Below are positions 20,104 to 30,930 of a stretch of DNA of 64,000 nt, one piece after another. The first letter of the stretch is position 1. The number at the start of each line of letters is the position of its first letter. Under the pieces are notes generated by a model. That model saw only the letters and a program-made list of their open reading frames with translations, ran no database searches and was not told where the DNA came from. The stretch is from Faecousia sp. (lineage in GTDB: Bacteria > Bacillota > Clostridia > Oscillospirales > Oscillospiraceae), in NCBI GenBank assembly GCA_045653785.1, contig JAZOMH010000028.1:1736-65735 (forward strand), given 5' to 3'. The position numbers were made by a program, and so were the translations under genes.

Positions 20104-20571
20104 TTAATTTAAAAGATATACACCCAGATTCAGGTATCCGGCAAAGGTAACCCACAAAATATACGGCAGCAGCAGGTCCCCTGCTTTCTCGTCTATCTGG
20201 GAAAAGGCACGCATAGTCAGGAAGATCAGCACCCACAAAGCGATCAGCACAAAAAACGCCACCAGATACCACTGCAGTCCGAAGAAAATAGGTGACCACA
20301 GGAAATTTAAAAAAAGCTGCGCTCCGTAAAGGATCAACGCGCTGTGAATCTTCTGAGGATCCGCGCCGGAGGTCAGCACCCGATAGGAGGCATAACCCAT
20401 CAGCAGATACAAAATCGTCCACACCACCGGGAATATCCAACCAGGGGGCGACAACGGCGGCTGGTTAAATTCCTTATAGTTTGCCATTCCCCCGCTGATC
20501 AGCGCGCTTAACCCACCCACCGCCAAGGGGATCGCCAGCATAATCAAAAGCTTTTTCCATTGAATCTTCAT
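20104..20571 (-). CDS. tspO: TspO/MBR family protein
   Basis: PPGWIFPVVWTILY, LNFLWSPIFF, LLPYILWVTFA. Confidence 0.9.
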   Translation of the reverse strand: MKIQWKKLLIMLAIPLAVGGLSALISGGMANYKEFNQPPLSPPGWIFPVVWTILYLLMGYASYRVLTSGADPQKIHSALILYGAQLFLNFLWSPIFFGLQWYLVAFFVLIALWVLIFLTMRAFSQIDEKAGDLLLPYILWVTFAGYLNLGVYLLN

Positions 20572-20693
20572 TCAGATCCCTCCTCGGGATCATTGTCCGC
20601 CATCGTCCATAGGCTTATCCATCGAAATTCGTCTTGCACCATAAGGATTTATACTGTATAATGGAATTAACATATAAGAAAGGCGGCGATGTT

Positions 20694-21560
20694 ATGAAAT
20701 CCAAGGTGTTCTTCTCCCCCACCATTACTCCTGAAAAGGTTCTGGAGCTTTACAGGCTTATGGGTAAAGAACTCACCGGCAATGTTGCGCTGAAGGTGCA
20801 CTCCGGCGAACCGGGTAACCAGAACTTTATCCAGCCGGAATTCTGGAAGAGCATTGTTGACCACGTGGGCGGTACTATCGTGGAATGCAACACCGCCTAC
20901 GAAGGGGGACGGGACACTGCCCAGCGGCATATGCAGACCTTTAAAAAGCACGGCTGGACCGACTACTACGCAGTAGACCTGCTGGATGCTCAGGGACCCG
21001 ACCTGGTACTGGACATTCCCAAAGGCAAACAGATTCAAAAGAATTATGTAGGCAAGGACATTACCGCCTATGACAGCGCGTTGATCCTGTCCCATTTCAA
21101 GGGACATCCCATGGGTGGCTACGGCGGTGCGCTGAAGCAGCTATCCATCGGCTTTGCCTCCTCCTACGGCAAAAAGTATATTCACGGTGTAGGCAATGCG
21201 GAAAACTTCTGGAACGCTGACCGGAATCAGTTCCTGGAAGCCATGGCAGATGCCGCAAGCTCTGTGATTGACTTCTTCAAAGGGCAGATCCTGTATGTGA
21301 ATGTGATGAAGAATATGAGCGTGGACTGCGATTGCTGCGCCGTTGCAGAAGACCCCTGCATCGGGGACATCGGCGCATTGGTTTCCTATGATCCGGTAGC
21401 CATCGACCAGGCATGTATTGACCTGGTATACGGCTGTTCTGACCCCAACAAGAGTCATTTGATCGATCGGATCGAAAGCCGCAACGGCATCCACACCATC
21501 GAGGCAGCCGCCGACCTGGGACTGGGTTCCAGAGAATACGAACTGATTACAGTAGAATAA
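20694..21560 (+). CDS. DUF362 Fe-S domain protein
   Basis: KVHSGEPG, ECNTAY, SHFKGH..GGALK, DCDC, DPVAIDQA. Confidence 0.85.
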   Translation: MKSKVFFSPTITPEKVLELYRLMGKELTGNVALKVHSGEPGNQNFIQPEFWKSIVDHVGGTIVECNTAYEGGRDTAQRHMQTFKKHGWTDYYAVDLLDAQGPDLVLDIPKGKQIQKNYVGKDITAYDSALILSHFKGHPMGGYGGALKQLSIGFASSYGKKYIHGVGNAENFWNADRNQFLEAMADAASSVIDFFKGQILYVNVMKNMSVDCDCCAVAEDPCIGDIGALVSYDPVAIDQACIDLVYGCSDPNKSHLIDRIESRNGIHTIEAAADLGLGSREYELITVE

Positions 21561-21589
21561 AAAACGGGTGCCAACAGCACCCGTTTTTC

Positions 21590-21901
21590 TTATTTCTCCA
21601 GAAGCTTTTGGACCGCTTCCTTGGGGCGGTAGCCCATTGCCTGGGTTACCACCTGACCCTTCTCCATGACGATCAGGGTAGGAATACTGGTGATGCCGAA
21701 TTGCGCCGCCAGCGCCGGTTCTTCATCCACATCGATCTTACCCACAGTGATGTGTTCATTCTCCTGGGCAATCTCCTCCAGCACCGGGGCGATCATCTTG
21801 CAAGGGCCGCACCATGTGGCCCAGAAATCCAGCAGTACCCGTTCCTTGGCCTGCATCACTTTTTCTTCAAAGTTATCCTTTGTAATTTTAATCAAAGACA
21901 T
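21590..21901 (-). CDS. trxA: Thioredoxin
   Basis: DFWATWCGPC, SIPTL. Confidence 0.93.
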   Translation of the reverse strand: MSLIKITKDNFEEKVMQAKERVLLDFWATWCGPCKMIAPVLEEIAQENEHITVGKIDVDEEPALAAQFGITSIPTLIVMEKGQVVTQAMGYRPKEAVQKLLEK

Positions 21902-21971
21902 ATTGCATACTCCTTTGCGGTATGATATATATAGTATACTCTATTTTTCTGCAAAAGGCAAGGTGTTGACC

Positions 21972-22328
21972 ATGGCACAATGTAACGGAAGCTGCGCCTC
22001 CTGCGGCGGCTGCGCCAAAACGCTGCTGCTGTCCGACAGCGAAATTCACATCCTCCGCACTTTAGGGCAGATTCCCTTTCTGCCTGTAGCGCGGAGAGCT
22101 GACGATATGACCCCTGTATATTTGGAAGACGATGCCCATACCAAAGAGGAATACAGTCTGATCTTGCAGGTTTTGGAGAAAAAGGCGCTGATCGATATAG
22201 ATTACGGCAAACCTTTGGGCGGTGTGGATATGTCTGCCTATACGGGATACCCGGTCCACGGCAGTATTGCCCTCACCGCCCGTGGCCAACAAGTCCTGGA
22301 AGCACTGGAGATCCAAGGAATAGAATAA
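21972..22328 (+). CDS. Hypothetical protein with N-terminal Cys cluster
   Basis: CNGSCASCGGC then winged-helix-like LTARG; AAGGTG RBS. Confidence 0.65.
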   Translation: MAQCNGSCASCGGCAKTLLLSDSEIHILRTLGQIPFLPVARRADDMTPVYLEDDAHTKEEYSLILQVLEKKALIDIDYGKPLGGVDMSAYTGYPVHGSIALTARGQQVLEALEIQGIE

Positions 22329-22369
22329 AACATATCGCCCCGGGACTTGCGTTCCGGGGCGATACAATT

Positions 22370-24121
22370 TTACATTTTTTCGGGAGCGGAGAAGCCCAGC
22401 AGATCAATGCAGGTCTCCAGTACATTCTTGGCAAGGCCAACGAGAGCGATATAGCCTGCCTTCAGCGTTTCGTCCTCCTCGGAGAGAATCCGGGTCTCAT
22501 GATAGAACTTATTCACCGCACCTGCCAATTCATAGATATAGGCGCATACCAGGTTGGGGCTTGCGGTTTTCAGTGCCGTCTCCAAAGTGGGCGCCAGCTT
22601 GGTGATAGCAAGCATCAGATCCTTGGCATAGGAATTGGCAGCCGGCTGAATAGAAAGATTCTCCCATGCGCCGTACTTTGCCAGAATGGACTTGATCCGG
22701 ACAATGGTGTACAGGATATATGGGCCGGTGTTGCCTTCAAATGCCGCAAAGCGGTCCATATCGAACACATAGTCCTTGGTGGGCTGATTGGAAAGATCGC
22801 CGTACTTCAGTGCTGCCATGGCAATCTTCTGAGTGGTCTCCTCCACCTCGCTGTCTGCCACGATCTTGTTCTCCACCACCTTGGCGCGAACAAAATCGGT
22901 CATTTCCTTAATCAGGACTTCCAGCCGCATGACGCCGCCCTCACGGGTCTTGAAGGGCTTGCCGTCCGCGCCGTTCATCGTGCCGAAGCCAAGGTGCTCC
23001 ACCTGGTAATCCTCGGGCAGAATACCGCCCAGCTTGGCTGCCCGGAACACCTGCTCAAAGTGCAGGCTCTGCCGCTTATCGGTGATATAGAACATCCGGT
23101 CGGGCTTAAAATCCTTCATGCGTTGGACCATGGTTGCCAGGTCTGTGGTTGCATAGATGGCAGAGCCGTCAGACTTAACCAGAATACAGGGAGGAACTTC
23201 CTTTTTGTCGTCCTCACGGGCAACAGGAACGACCCATGCGCCCTCGCTCTGTACAGCAATGCCCCGGTTCTTCAAATCCTCCACCATAGCGGGGATGTAG
23301 GGGTCGGCATCGCTTTCGCCCAGCCAGACTTCAAAGTTTACATTCAGATTGTCGTAAATCTTCCGCATATCCGCCAAAGACAGACGCATAATGTGCTGCC
23401 ACAGTGCCCGGTAACCGGGTCTTCCCTGCTGCAGTTCAAAGGTAGCGGTGTGGGCCTTTTCAGCAAAAGCCTCATCATCCTTTTTCTTGGCAGAAGCGGC
23501 AGGATAGATCTCCTCCAGCTCACTGATGGTAAAGGGGGCTTCCTCCGGATAGGGACCGGCATAGTTTTCGTCAAAGTAGCAAAGCTGTGGCTGGCGCTCC
23601 CGCAGTTCGGAGATGATCAGTCCCATCTGCAACCCCCAGTCGCCCAGGTGTATATCGCCGATGGTATTGTAACCGAAAAACTTGAAAAGCCGCTTGATGG
23701 ACTCGCCGATAATGGCAGAGCGCAGGTGGCCGATATGCAAAGGCTTTGCCACATTAGGTCCGCCGTAGTCCACCACCACTGTCTTGCCAGTGCCGTGCTT
23801 TTCCACGCCGAAATCCTCAGCATTGCGCATTTCCTCCAGGTACTTCTGCAGGAAGGAATCGCTGAGCTTCAGATTCAAAAAGCCGGGCATTACCGCCTCG
23901 ATCATGGAAAAATCTTCTTTACCCAGCTTTTCCGCCACGGCGTTTGCGATCTGGATGGGGGCGCATTTGTACTGCTTTCCCGCCGCCAGAGCGCCGTTGC
24001 ACTGGTATTCGCACAGATCGGGCCGGTTGGAGACCGTTACTCTGCCAAAGGAGGCCTCATAGCCTGCCTCCACAAACGCCTGCTGCATTTTCTCGGAAAT
24101 AATATCTAAGATTTTCTTCAT
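22370..24121 (-). CDS. argS: Arginine--tRNA ligase
   Basis: PNVAKPLHIGHLRS, HLGDWG, FKTREG, GNTGPYILY. Confidence 0.96.
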   Translation of the reverse strand: MKKILDIISEKMQQAFVEAGYEASFGRVTVSNRPDLCEYQCNGALAAGKQYKCAPIQIANAVAEKLGKEDFSMIEAVMPGFLNLKLSDSFLQKYLEEMRNAEDFGVEKHGTGKTVVVDYGGPNVAKPLHIGHLRSAIIGESIKRLFKFFGYNTIGDIHLGDWGLQMGLIISELRERQPQLCYFDENYAGPYPEEAPFTISELEEIYPAASAKKKDDEAFAEKAHTATFELQQGRPGYRALWQHIMRLSLADMRKIYDNLNVNFEVWLGESDADPYIPAMVEDLKNRGIAVQSEGAWVVPVAREDDKKEVPPCILVKSDGSAIYATTDLATMVQRMKDFKPDRMFYITDKRQSLHFEQVFRAAKLGGILPEDYQVEHLGFGTMNGADGKPFKTREGGVMRLEVLIKEMTDFVRAKVVENKIVADSEVEETTQKIAMAALKYGDLSNQPTKDYVFDMDRFAAFEGNTGPYILYTIVRIKSILAKYGAWENLSIQPAANSYAKDLMLAITKLAPTLETALKTASPNLVCAYIYELAGAVNKFYHETRILSEEDETLKAGYIALVGLAKNVLETCIDLLGFSAPEKM

Positions 24122-24140
24122 ATTATCTTCTCCTATACCG

Positions 24141-24190
24141 TGTAGGGGCGATCATCGGTCGTCCGCGGACGCGCAATGCGCGCCCCTATA
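24141..24190. repeat. GTAG-type REP doublet
   Basis: GTAGGGGCG..CGCCCCTA inverted pair with internal palindromes. Confidence 0.65.
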
Positions 24191-24198
24191 AAGGATTG

Positions 24199-25800
24199 TT
24201 ACTGCTGGTTATTCTTCACCCACTCCAGGTAATCGTCGTAGGTGCCGTAGCGGTCCACAATGGTGCCATCGGGCTGGAAGGCGATGACCCGGTTACAGGT
24301 GGAGGTGAGCATCTCATGGTCGTGGGATGCCAGCAGCACAACGCCGTTGAAGGCTTCCAGACCCTTGTTCACCGCCTGGATGGATTCCATATCCAGGTGG
24401 TTGGTAGGCTGGTCTAACAGCACCACATTGGCGCCGGAAAGCATCATTTTACTGAGCATGCAGCGAACCTTTTCGCCACCGGAGAGCACATTGACCTTCT
24501 TGAACACATCCTCGTTGGAGAAAAGCATTCTGCCCAGGAAGCCACGGAGGTACACATCGTCCTTCTTGGCAGAATACTGACGCAGCCAATCCACCAGCTC
24601 CATATCGTTGCCCTCAAAGTACTCGCTGTTGTCCTTGGGCAGATAGCCCCGGATGGTGGAAATGCCCCACTTGACACTGCCTTCATCCGGCTCTATTTCG
24701 CCCATGAGCACCTTGAACAGAGCAGTCTGCGCCAGCTCATTTTCGCCCACAAAGGCGATCTTGTCGTTCTTTCCCACGGAGAAATAAACTTTGTCCAGCA
24801 GCTTCACACCGTCCACGGTCACAGACACATCGTTAACTGTGAGAATATCCTTACCCAGCTCACGCTCAGGCATAAAGCCCACAAAGGGATAGCGGCGGGT
24901 GGAACAGGGCATTTCCTCAACCGTCAGCTTGTCCAGCAGCTTCCGGCGGGCGGTAGCCTGCTTTGCCTTGGACTTATTAGCGGAGAACCGCTGAATGAAC
25001 AGCTGCAGTTCCTCAATTTTCTCCTGGTTGCGCTTGTTCTTATTGCGGATCATAGCCTGGACCATCTGGGAGGATTCATACCAGAAGTCATAGTTACCCA
25101 CATACATCTTGATCTTGCCGTAGTCAATATCCACCGTGTGGGTACAGACAGTATTCAGGAAGTGGCGATCGTGGGAAACCGCGATGACCATGCCGGGGAA
25201 ATCCAGCAGGAAGTCCTCCAGCCAGTTGATCGCCTCAATATCCAGGTTGTTGGTAGGCTCGTCCAGCATAACAATGTCCGGGTTGCCGAACAGCGCCTGA
25301 GCCAGCAGCACCTTCACCTTCAGTCGGGGATCAGTAGCACCCATGATGTCGTAGTGCAGCTCTGTACCGATGCCCAGACCCTGCAAAAGGCGGGATGCGT
25401 CGCTCTCTGCCTCCCAGCCGTCCATCTCCGCAAACTCGATCTCCAGCTCAGAGGCGCGGATGCCGTCCTCATCGGTGAAATCGGACTTTTCGTAGATGGC
25501 GTCCTTTTCCTTCATTACGTCGTAGAGCCGCTGGTTGCCCATGATGACTGTATCCATAATGGTGTACTCATCGTAGGCATTCTGATTCTGTTTCAAAACG
25601 GATACACGCTTGTCCGGATCAATGTGGATTTCACCGTTGGTGGATTCCAGCTCGCCGGTGAGCAGCCGCAGAAAAGTGGATTTACCTGCGCCGTTGGCGC
25701 CGATGATGCCATAGCAATTGCCGGGCAAAAACTGCAGATCCACATGCTGGAACAGCCATTGGCCGCCAAATTGCATACCTAAATTACTAACTGTGATCAT
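24199..25800 (-). CDS. ABC-F family ATPase (YbiT/YkpA-like)
   Basis: GANGAGKST, LDEPTN, LSGGEK; two ABC domains, no TM helices. Confidence 0.9.
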   Translation of the reverse strand: MITVSNLGMQFGGQWLFQHVDLQFLPGNCYGIIGANGAGKSTFLRLLTGELESTNGEIHIDPDKRVSVLKQNQNAYDEYTIMDTVIMGNQRLYDVMKEKDAIYEKSDFTDEDGIRASELEIEFAEMDGWEAESDASRLLQGLGIGTELHYDIMGATDPRLKVKVLLAQALFGNPDIVMLDEPTNNLDIEAINWLEDFLLDFPGMVIAVSHDRHFLNTVCTHTVDIDYGKIKMYVGNYDFWYESSQMVQAMIRNKNKRNQEKIEELQLFIQRFSANKSKAKQATARRKLLDKLTVEEMPCSTRRYPFVGFMPERELGKDILTVNDVSVTVDGVKLLDKVYFSVGKNDKIAFVGENELAQTALFKVLMGEIEPDEGSVKWGISTIRGYLPKDNSEYFEGNDMELVDWLRQYSAKKDDVYLRGFLGRMLFSNEDVFKKVNVLSGGEKVRCMLSKMMLSGANVVLLDQPTNHLDMESIQAVNKGLEAFNGVVLLASHDHEMLTSTCNRVIAFQPDGTIVDRYGTYDDYLEWVKNNQQ

Positions 25801-25939
25801 TTTCTTACTACCTCGTTGTCAAAATAGTTGCCGCGCCCATTGGCGCATACTCATACATTGTAAATATTACCACATATTTATGAATTTTGAAAGAACTTTT
25901 TTCCAGGGGGTTGCATTTTTTATTTTGCGTGTTATAATA

Positions 25940-25966
25940 TTAGCACTCAAACATTAAGAGTGCTAA
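25940..25966 (+). promoter_or_regulatory. CIRCE operator (HrcA) upstream of htpG
   Basis: Perfect TTAGCACTC-N9-GAGTGCTAA just after TTGCAT..TATAAT promoter. Confidence 0.92.
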
Positions 25967-25980
25967 AAGGAGAATGTATT

Positions 25981-27864
25981 ATGCGTAAAAAGCAGTTCAA
26001 AGCCGAATCCAAACGGCTGCTGGATCTGATGATCAACTCTATCTATACTCACCAGGAGATCTTCCTTCGGGAGATCATCTCCAACGCCAGCGATGCCATT
26101 GACAAGCTAGCCTATACTGCCCTCACCGACGACAAAGTGGGGCTGAATCGGGATCAGTTTGCCATTACCCTCACCCGGGGCGACGGCGTACTGACTGTAT
26201 CTGACAACGGTATTGGCATGACCCGGGAGGAAATGGAAGAAAACTTAGGCACCATCGCCAAGTCCGGTTCTCTGGGCTTCAAGCAGACCATGGAAGAAAA
26301 AGAGGACATTGACATTATCGGCCAGTTTGGCGTAGGCTTCTATGCCGCCTTCATGGTCGCTTCCTCCGTAACCGTAATTTCCAAAAAGTACGATGAGGAC
26401 ACCGCCTGGAAGTGGGTGTCTGACGGTGCTGACGGCTACACCATTGAGGAAGCACAGCGGGACTTCCCGGGTACAGATGTTATTATGACCCTGAAGCCGG
26501 ACACCGAGGAGGAAAAGTTCTCCCGTTTCCTGGAGGAATATGAGCTGCGCGCTTTGGTAAAAAAATATTCCGATTATATCCGCTACCCCATCCGTATGGA
26601 GGTTACCAAGTCCCGTAAAACCGCTGATTCTCCCGAGGACAAGCCGGAATACGAGCAGTACACCGAGGTGGAGACCCTCAATTCCATGGTCCCCTTGTGG
26701 CAGCGGAGCAAGAAGGATGTAACCGAGGAAGAATACGAGAGCTTCTACCGGGAGAAGTTCTTTGATTTCAGCAAGCCCCTGCGTACCATCCACACCAGTG
26801 CGGAAGGCACTGTGTCCTACAAAGCGCTGCTGTATATCCCCGGCAAAGCTCCTTACGATTTCTATACCAAGGATTTCAAATCCGGTCTGCAGCTGTACTC
26901 CTCCGGTGTGATGATCATGGAGTCCTGCGAGGAACTTCTGCCGGAGCATTTCCGCTTTGTCCGGGGCGTCGTAGACAGCCAGGACCTTTCCCTGAATATC
27001 AGCCGTGAGATGCTGCAGCACAACCGTCAACTGACCATCATCGCCAAAAATATTGAAAAGAAGATCAAGCAGGAGCTGCTTTCTCTGCTGGAGAACGACC
27101 GGGAAAAGTACGAAGAATTTTATGCCGCCTTTGCCCGTCAGCTGAAGTACGGCACGGTCTCCCAGTACGGCGCCCACAAGGATGCCACCCAGGATCTTCT
27201 GCTGTTCTGGAGCCACAAGCAGGGCAAGCTGATCAGCCTGAAGGAATACACCGAAACCATGGCAGAGGGGCAGGAGAAGATCTACTACATCTCCGCCGAA
27301 TCCGTGGAGCGCGCCGCCAAGCTGCCCCAGGTGCAGGCGCTTGAGGCCAAGGGCTACGATGTGCTGCTGCTCACTGACGAGGTGGACGAGTTCGTTCCCC
27401 AGACCTTGATGACCTACGGGGAAAAAGTCTTCTGCAATGCCGCCACCGAGGATCTGGAGCTGCAGACCGAGGAGGAGAAGAAGCAGCTGGAGGAGAAGGC
27501 CGAGGAAATGAAGGGTCTGCTTACCTTCGTCAAGGACACCCTGGGCGAGGATGTGCAGGAGGTCAAGCTCTCCGCAAACCTGGGCAGCGCCCCTGTGTGT
27601 ATGACCTCCGCCAGCGGTGTGAGCTTTGAGATGGAGAAGTATTTCAAGCGGATGAATCCGGATATGCCCGTCCCCTCCCAGCGGATCCTGGAGCTGAATC
27701 CGGAGCATGACGCGGTGAAGGCGCTGCAGAGCGCCATGATCGCCGACACCGCAAAGGCAAAGGACTACGCCCAGCTTCTTTACTGCCAGGCGCAGCTTTT
27801 GGCTGACCTGCCCCTGGAGGACCCGGCAGAGTACACCGCCCTTGTGTGCAAGCTGATGAAATAA
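25981..27864 (+). CDS. htpG: Hsp90 chaperone HtpG
   Basis: FLREIISNASDA, DNGIGM, GTIAKSG, IGQFGVGFY, LNISRE. Confidence 0.96.
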   Translation: MRKKQFKAESKRLLDLMINSIYTHQEIFLREIISNASDAIDKLAYTALTDDKVGLNRDQFAITLTRGDGVLTVSDNGIGMTREEMEENLGTIAKSGSLGFKQTMEEKEDIDIIGQFGVGFYAAFMVASSVTVISKKYDEDTAWKWVSDGADGYTIEEAQRDFPGTDVIMTLKPDTEEEKFSRFLEEYELRALVKKYSDYIRYPIRMEVTKSRKTADSPEDKPEYEQYTEVETLNSMVPLWQRSKKDVTEEEYESFYREKFFDFSKPLRTIHTSAEGTVSYKALLYIPGKAPYDFYTKDFKSGLQLYSSGVMIMESCEELLPEHFRFVRGVVDSQDLSLNISREMLQHNRQLTIIAKNIEKKIKQELLSLLENDREKYEEFYAAFARQLKYGTVSQYGAHKDATQDLLLFWSHKQGKLISLKEYTETMAEGQEKIYYISAESVERAAKLPQVQALEAKGYDVLLLTDEVDEFVPQTLMTYGEKVFCNAATEDLELQTEEEKKQLEEKAEEMKGLLTFVKDTLGEDVQEVKLSANLGSAPVCMTSASGVSFEMEKYFKRMNPDMPVPSQRILELNPEHDAVKALQSAMIADTAKAKDYAQLLYCQAQLLADLPLEDPAEYTALVCKLMK

Positions 27865-27906
27865 CCCAACCCCCCGCGTGGTCGAAAAGGCCATGCGGGG
27901 GGTGTC

Positions 27907-28108
27907 AAATTCCTGTTTATCGGTAAGTTCCTGTAGGGGCGTGCATTGCACGTCCGCCCAATAATTTTTACAAAAATTATTGGGATTTCCTCAGGAAATA
28001 ATAAAAAGATCGCCGCTGGCCATGTGATTTTGTTTTGCAAAATCACTGGACGAGCAATGCTCGCCCCTACGATTTCTAACCAGCAAACTCACCGATAAAT
28101 CGCAATTT
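27907..28108. repeat. MITE/REPIN-like unit: REP pair inside imperfect terminal inverted repeats
   Basis: AAATTCCTGTTTATCGGT .. ACCGATAAATCGCAATTT flanking GTAGGGGCG (27933) and CGCCCCTAC (28062). Confidence 0.55.
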
Positions 28109-28649
28109 ATTCGTTAAAGAACAACAGCGAATACCACGTGATAACATTGTCGCCATACAGAAAATCCAAGCCGTTCTCCTCCAGCGTGGGGATCAGGTTG
28201 ATGCCATGACTCTCCACACAGGGGTGCATCCTCTCCGGGATCCGGCAAGGCTCACCGTCCAGGATCGCGCAGCGCTCACACACCGCGCAGGCCTCTGTAG
28301 ACAGAATATACGGCTCCACCCCCTGCTCCCGGAGCATCTGGCGCACCCGGTTGGTGATGGCCTCATGCTCCGGGCGGGTCTTGAGAGCCTCCTCCATGTT
28401 GGCGATGTCCTCCGTCTCGGTGATCGTACCCACGACCAGGCAGCTTTGGTAGCTGCGGCATCTTTGGGCGCAGGCATCCACCTCCCCCGTACCCGGAGGG
28501 CAGGCCCAGCTTTTGCCGTACATAGGACATTCATGCTCACAGATCCAGCGGATCCGATGGGAAAACTCCAGGCTTTTAGGGTCGATATAAAAGTAAACAT
28601 ACAGCGGCAATTCCGAAAGCTTCTGCTCTAGCAATTCCTTATCGATCAT
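28107..28649 (-). CDS. DUF2284 metal-binding protein
   Basis: C..C..YGKSWACPP, CAVCERC..C..P..HPCVESHGI. Confidence 0.8.
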   Translation of the reverse strand: MIDKELLEQKLSELPLYVYFYIDPKSLEFSHRIRWICEHECPMYGKSWACPPGTGEVDACAQRCRSYQSCLVVGTITETEDIANMEEALKTRPEHEAITNRVRQMLREQGVEPYILSTEACAVCERCAILDGEPCRIPERMHPCVESHGINLIPTLEENGLDFLYGDNVITWYSLLFFNE

Positions 28650-29074
28650 GCCAGTTCCTCCAGGATTCGCTTGCAGCCCTCACAAATGTCCGCCCAGGTC
28701 TGGGTAAAGTCCCCGGTGTACCAGGGATCTGCCACATCCCGGTCCAGGAAGGGCTTAAATTTCATCTCCCCGGGGAACATTTGCCTTAAGTACCGCAAAT
28801 TGGACCGGTCCATATAAAAAATATGATCGTATTTTTCCACATCTGCCCGGGTGATCTGCCGGGCGCGGTGGCCGTCGCAGGAGATCCCATGGCTGTTCAT
28901 TTCCCGCCGCGCAGGCGGGTATACCGGATTGCCCAGCTCCTCCCGGCTCACCGCCACTGAGGCGATCTCAAAGTGGTCAGCGATGCCGGCTTTTTTCACC
29001 ATATCCTGTAAAACATACTGACCCATCGGGCTGCGACATATATTCCCGTGGCATACGAATAGTATTTTAATCAT
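28646..29074 (-). CDS. Low-molecular-weight protein-tyrosine phosphatase (5' end supplied by adjacent element end)
   Basis: FVCHGNICRS active-site loop, DPWY. Confidence 0.92.
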   Translation of the reverse strand: MIKILFVCHGNICRSPMGQYVLQDMVKKAGIADHFEIASVAVSREELGNPVYPPARREMNSHGISCDGHRARQITRADVEKYDHIFYMDRSNLRYLRQMFPGEMKFKPFLDRDVADPWYTGDFTQTWADICEGCKRILEELA

Positions 29075-29361
29075 CGTTCAAAACTCCAAACTATGCAAAT
29101 TTATACCAAGATATGCCGCTTTCGCCAGGGAATTTGAAACATTCCCTCCACCCCGCCATCATATCCCGATGGCATACGATGGCAAGGGACAGCATATCGT
29201 TTCTGTCAAAAGTAGTAAAAAAAGTAGTAAAACTGAAAATCTATTCAATTTTACTACTCGATAATTTTACGGGTTTATCGGGTTTTCCCTGTGTTTTCAC
29301 ACTTTAGTGTTCAGTTTCCGCAAATGGGCGTTTTATGTCTTTTGTCGTACTACTCGAAATA

Positions 29362-30590
29362 TTATGCTGTTTTGACCAATTTGAGGCCCAATTCCTTTTG
29401 GGAGAACTGCAACTGCAGCCGCTGCAATTCGTTCCACGCATCCTCAAGACCCAGGTGAGTGTAGGTGTCCATCGTCACACTAATCTCGGAATGACCCATC
29501 AAGTATTGCAGGGTTTTGGGATTCATACCGCTTTTTGCCTTGTTGGTGCAGTAGGTATGGCGGCACACATGGGGTGTAATCAAGGGAAGTTCTTCCTTGT
29601 AAATGCTGTTGTACTTGTTCCAGGCGTGCTTGAAATAATGCTCCCAATGCATCGCCACCATCGGGCGGTCTTCCTTATCAAAGAAAAGGAAGACAGAATA
29701 TCCGTCAATAGTCGGCTCGACCTGGGGCGGTTTTCTGTTTGCCAGAATTCTCTGGAAGCAAGCATACACATCATCCTCCATAGGCAGTACCCGTGTTCCC
29801 GCATTGGTCTTGGTGGATTCAATATACTTTGTGCCATCACTTTTCCGCTGCAGCTGATGGTCAACTCGGATAGTTTTGTTTTTCATATCCAGGTCGCTGA
29901 CCGTCAATCCCACAAATTCGGAGATTCGCAAGCCAGTATGGAACAGAATGTACATTGCATCGTGATACTTGCAGTAGTGCTTGTCCTCTTTGACAAAGGT
30001 GAGGAACTTCCGCATCTGGTCTCTGCTGACGGCTTCCCGTGTCTTAGAATCGTTGATAATGACCTGCGCAAGCTCTTCTTACGGATGTAGTCATCCTCCA
30101 CCGCCATTGCAAAGGCGGGGCGAAGAACGCCACGGATGCTATGAATGGTGCTGTAGCTCCGCTTGTCCTTTTCTTGCAGCTTGACCAGGAATGCCTTGGC
30201 AACAGAATGGCGCACCTGCTTAATGGGCAGATAAGCAAACGGCTCTTTCTCCAGGATGTTTACTACAGTTTTATATCCCGCCTTGGTGGTCGGCTTGACA
30301 TTTGTTCTAAGGGAAATGTAGAGCTTGACCAATTCCAGCACGGTCTTTTCTGCGCCCTGGCTGTCAATGCCGTCAAACTTGTCTCTTTCAACCTGAGCGA
30401 TCTTCTCACGCAAGGATAGATCCTGCTTTTTGCCTGCGGGGGTCTTGTCGGTCGGCACGAGCCGCCAGGAATATATGAAGCGGGTCTGGTGCAGTAGGTC
30501 AATATACTTGTAGACATATCGTCCATCGGGGCGTTGGCTTTCTCCGTTATTCAAAATGCGATTCTTGTTATCTCTGCGTTTTACACTCAT
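29362..30590 (-). pseudogene. Tn916-type tyrosine integrase, frameshifted near 30075
   Basis: N-half (..DDYIRK) and C-half (ELAQVIINDS..TGLRISE..HVCRHT..MGHS..Y) in different frames; NPFxF segment of the 48744 paralog missing. Confidence 0.85.
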
Positions 30591-30675
30591 ATTCGTTTTC
30601 TCCTTTCATTGAGAAAGCCCCGAACATGACATACAAACATTGTAGCACAGTTGGGGACTTTTTTCCTTTCCTTTT

Positions 30676-30879
30676 TTAGATTGTTGTGCCTTCGTTGAGG
30701 AAAGCCTCAAACTTTTGCCGCTTAATTGTATATTTCACGCCGTTCTGGATGAACAGACCCAGGTGGCTGTATTCTTCAATCATACTCCGCAGCTTCTTTT
30801 CGCCGATTTCAAAATAGGCAGCTGCCTCGGCTACGGTCAAGGCATACTTCTCACAAATTCGCACATCGTTATCTTTCAA
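30676..30879 (-). CDS. Tn916-type excisionase
   Basis: EKYALTVAEAAAYFEIGEKKLR..IKRQKFE. Confidence 0.85.
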   Translation of the reverse strand: MKDNDVRICEKYALTVAEAAAYFEIGEKKLRSMIEEYSHLGLFIQNGVKYTIKRQKFEAFLNEGTTI

Positions 30880-30895
30880 TCTCTCTCGTCCTTTC

Positions 30896-30930
30896 TAGTT
30901 CCGTATCTCAAATCTTAGTTCCGTATCTCA
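30896..30930. repeat. 15-bp direct repeat with 20-bp period (iteron/operator-like)
   Basis: TAGTTCCGTATCTCA twice. Confidence 0.6.

Noticed and set aside
22499-27951. Antisense ORFs over argS, ABC-F and htpG
   Set aside because: Shadow ORFs of well-supported genes
29904-30100. Programmed frameshift in the element 1 integrase
   Set aside because: Conserved NPFxF residues are physically missing, which fits a deletion rather than slippage
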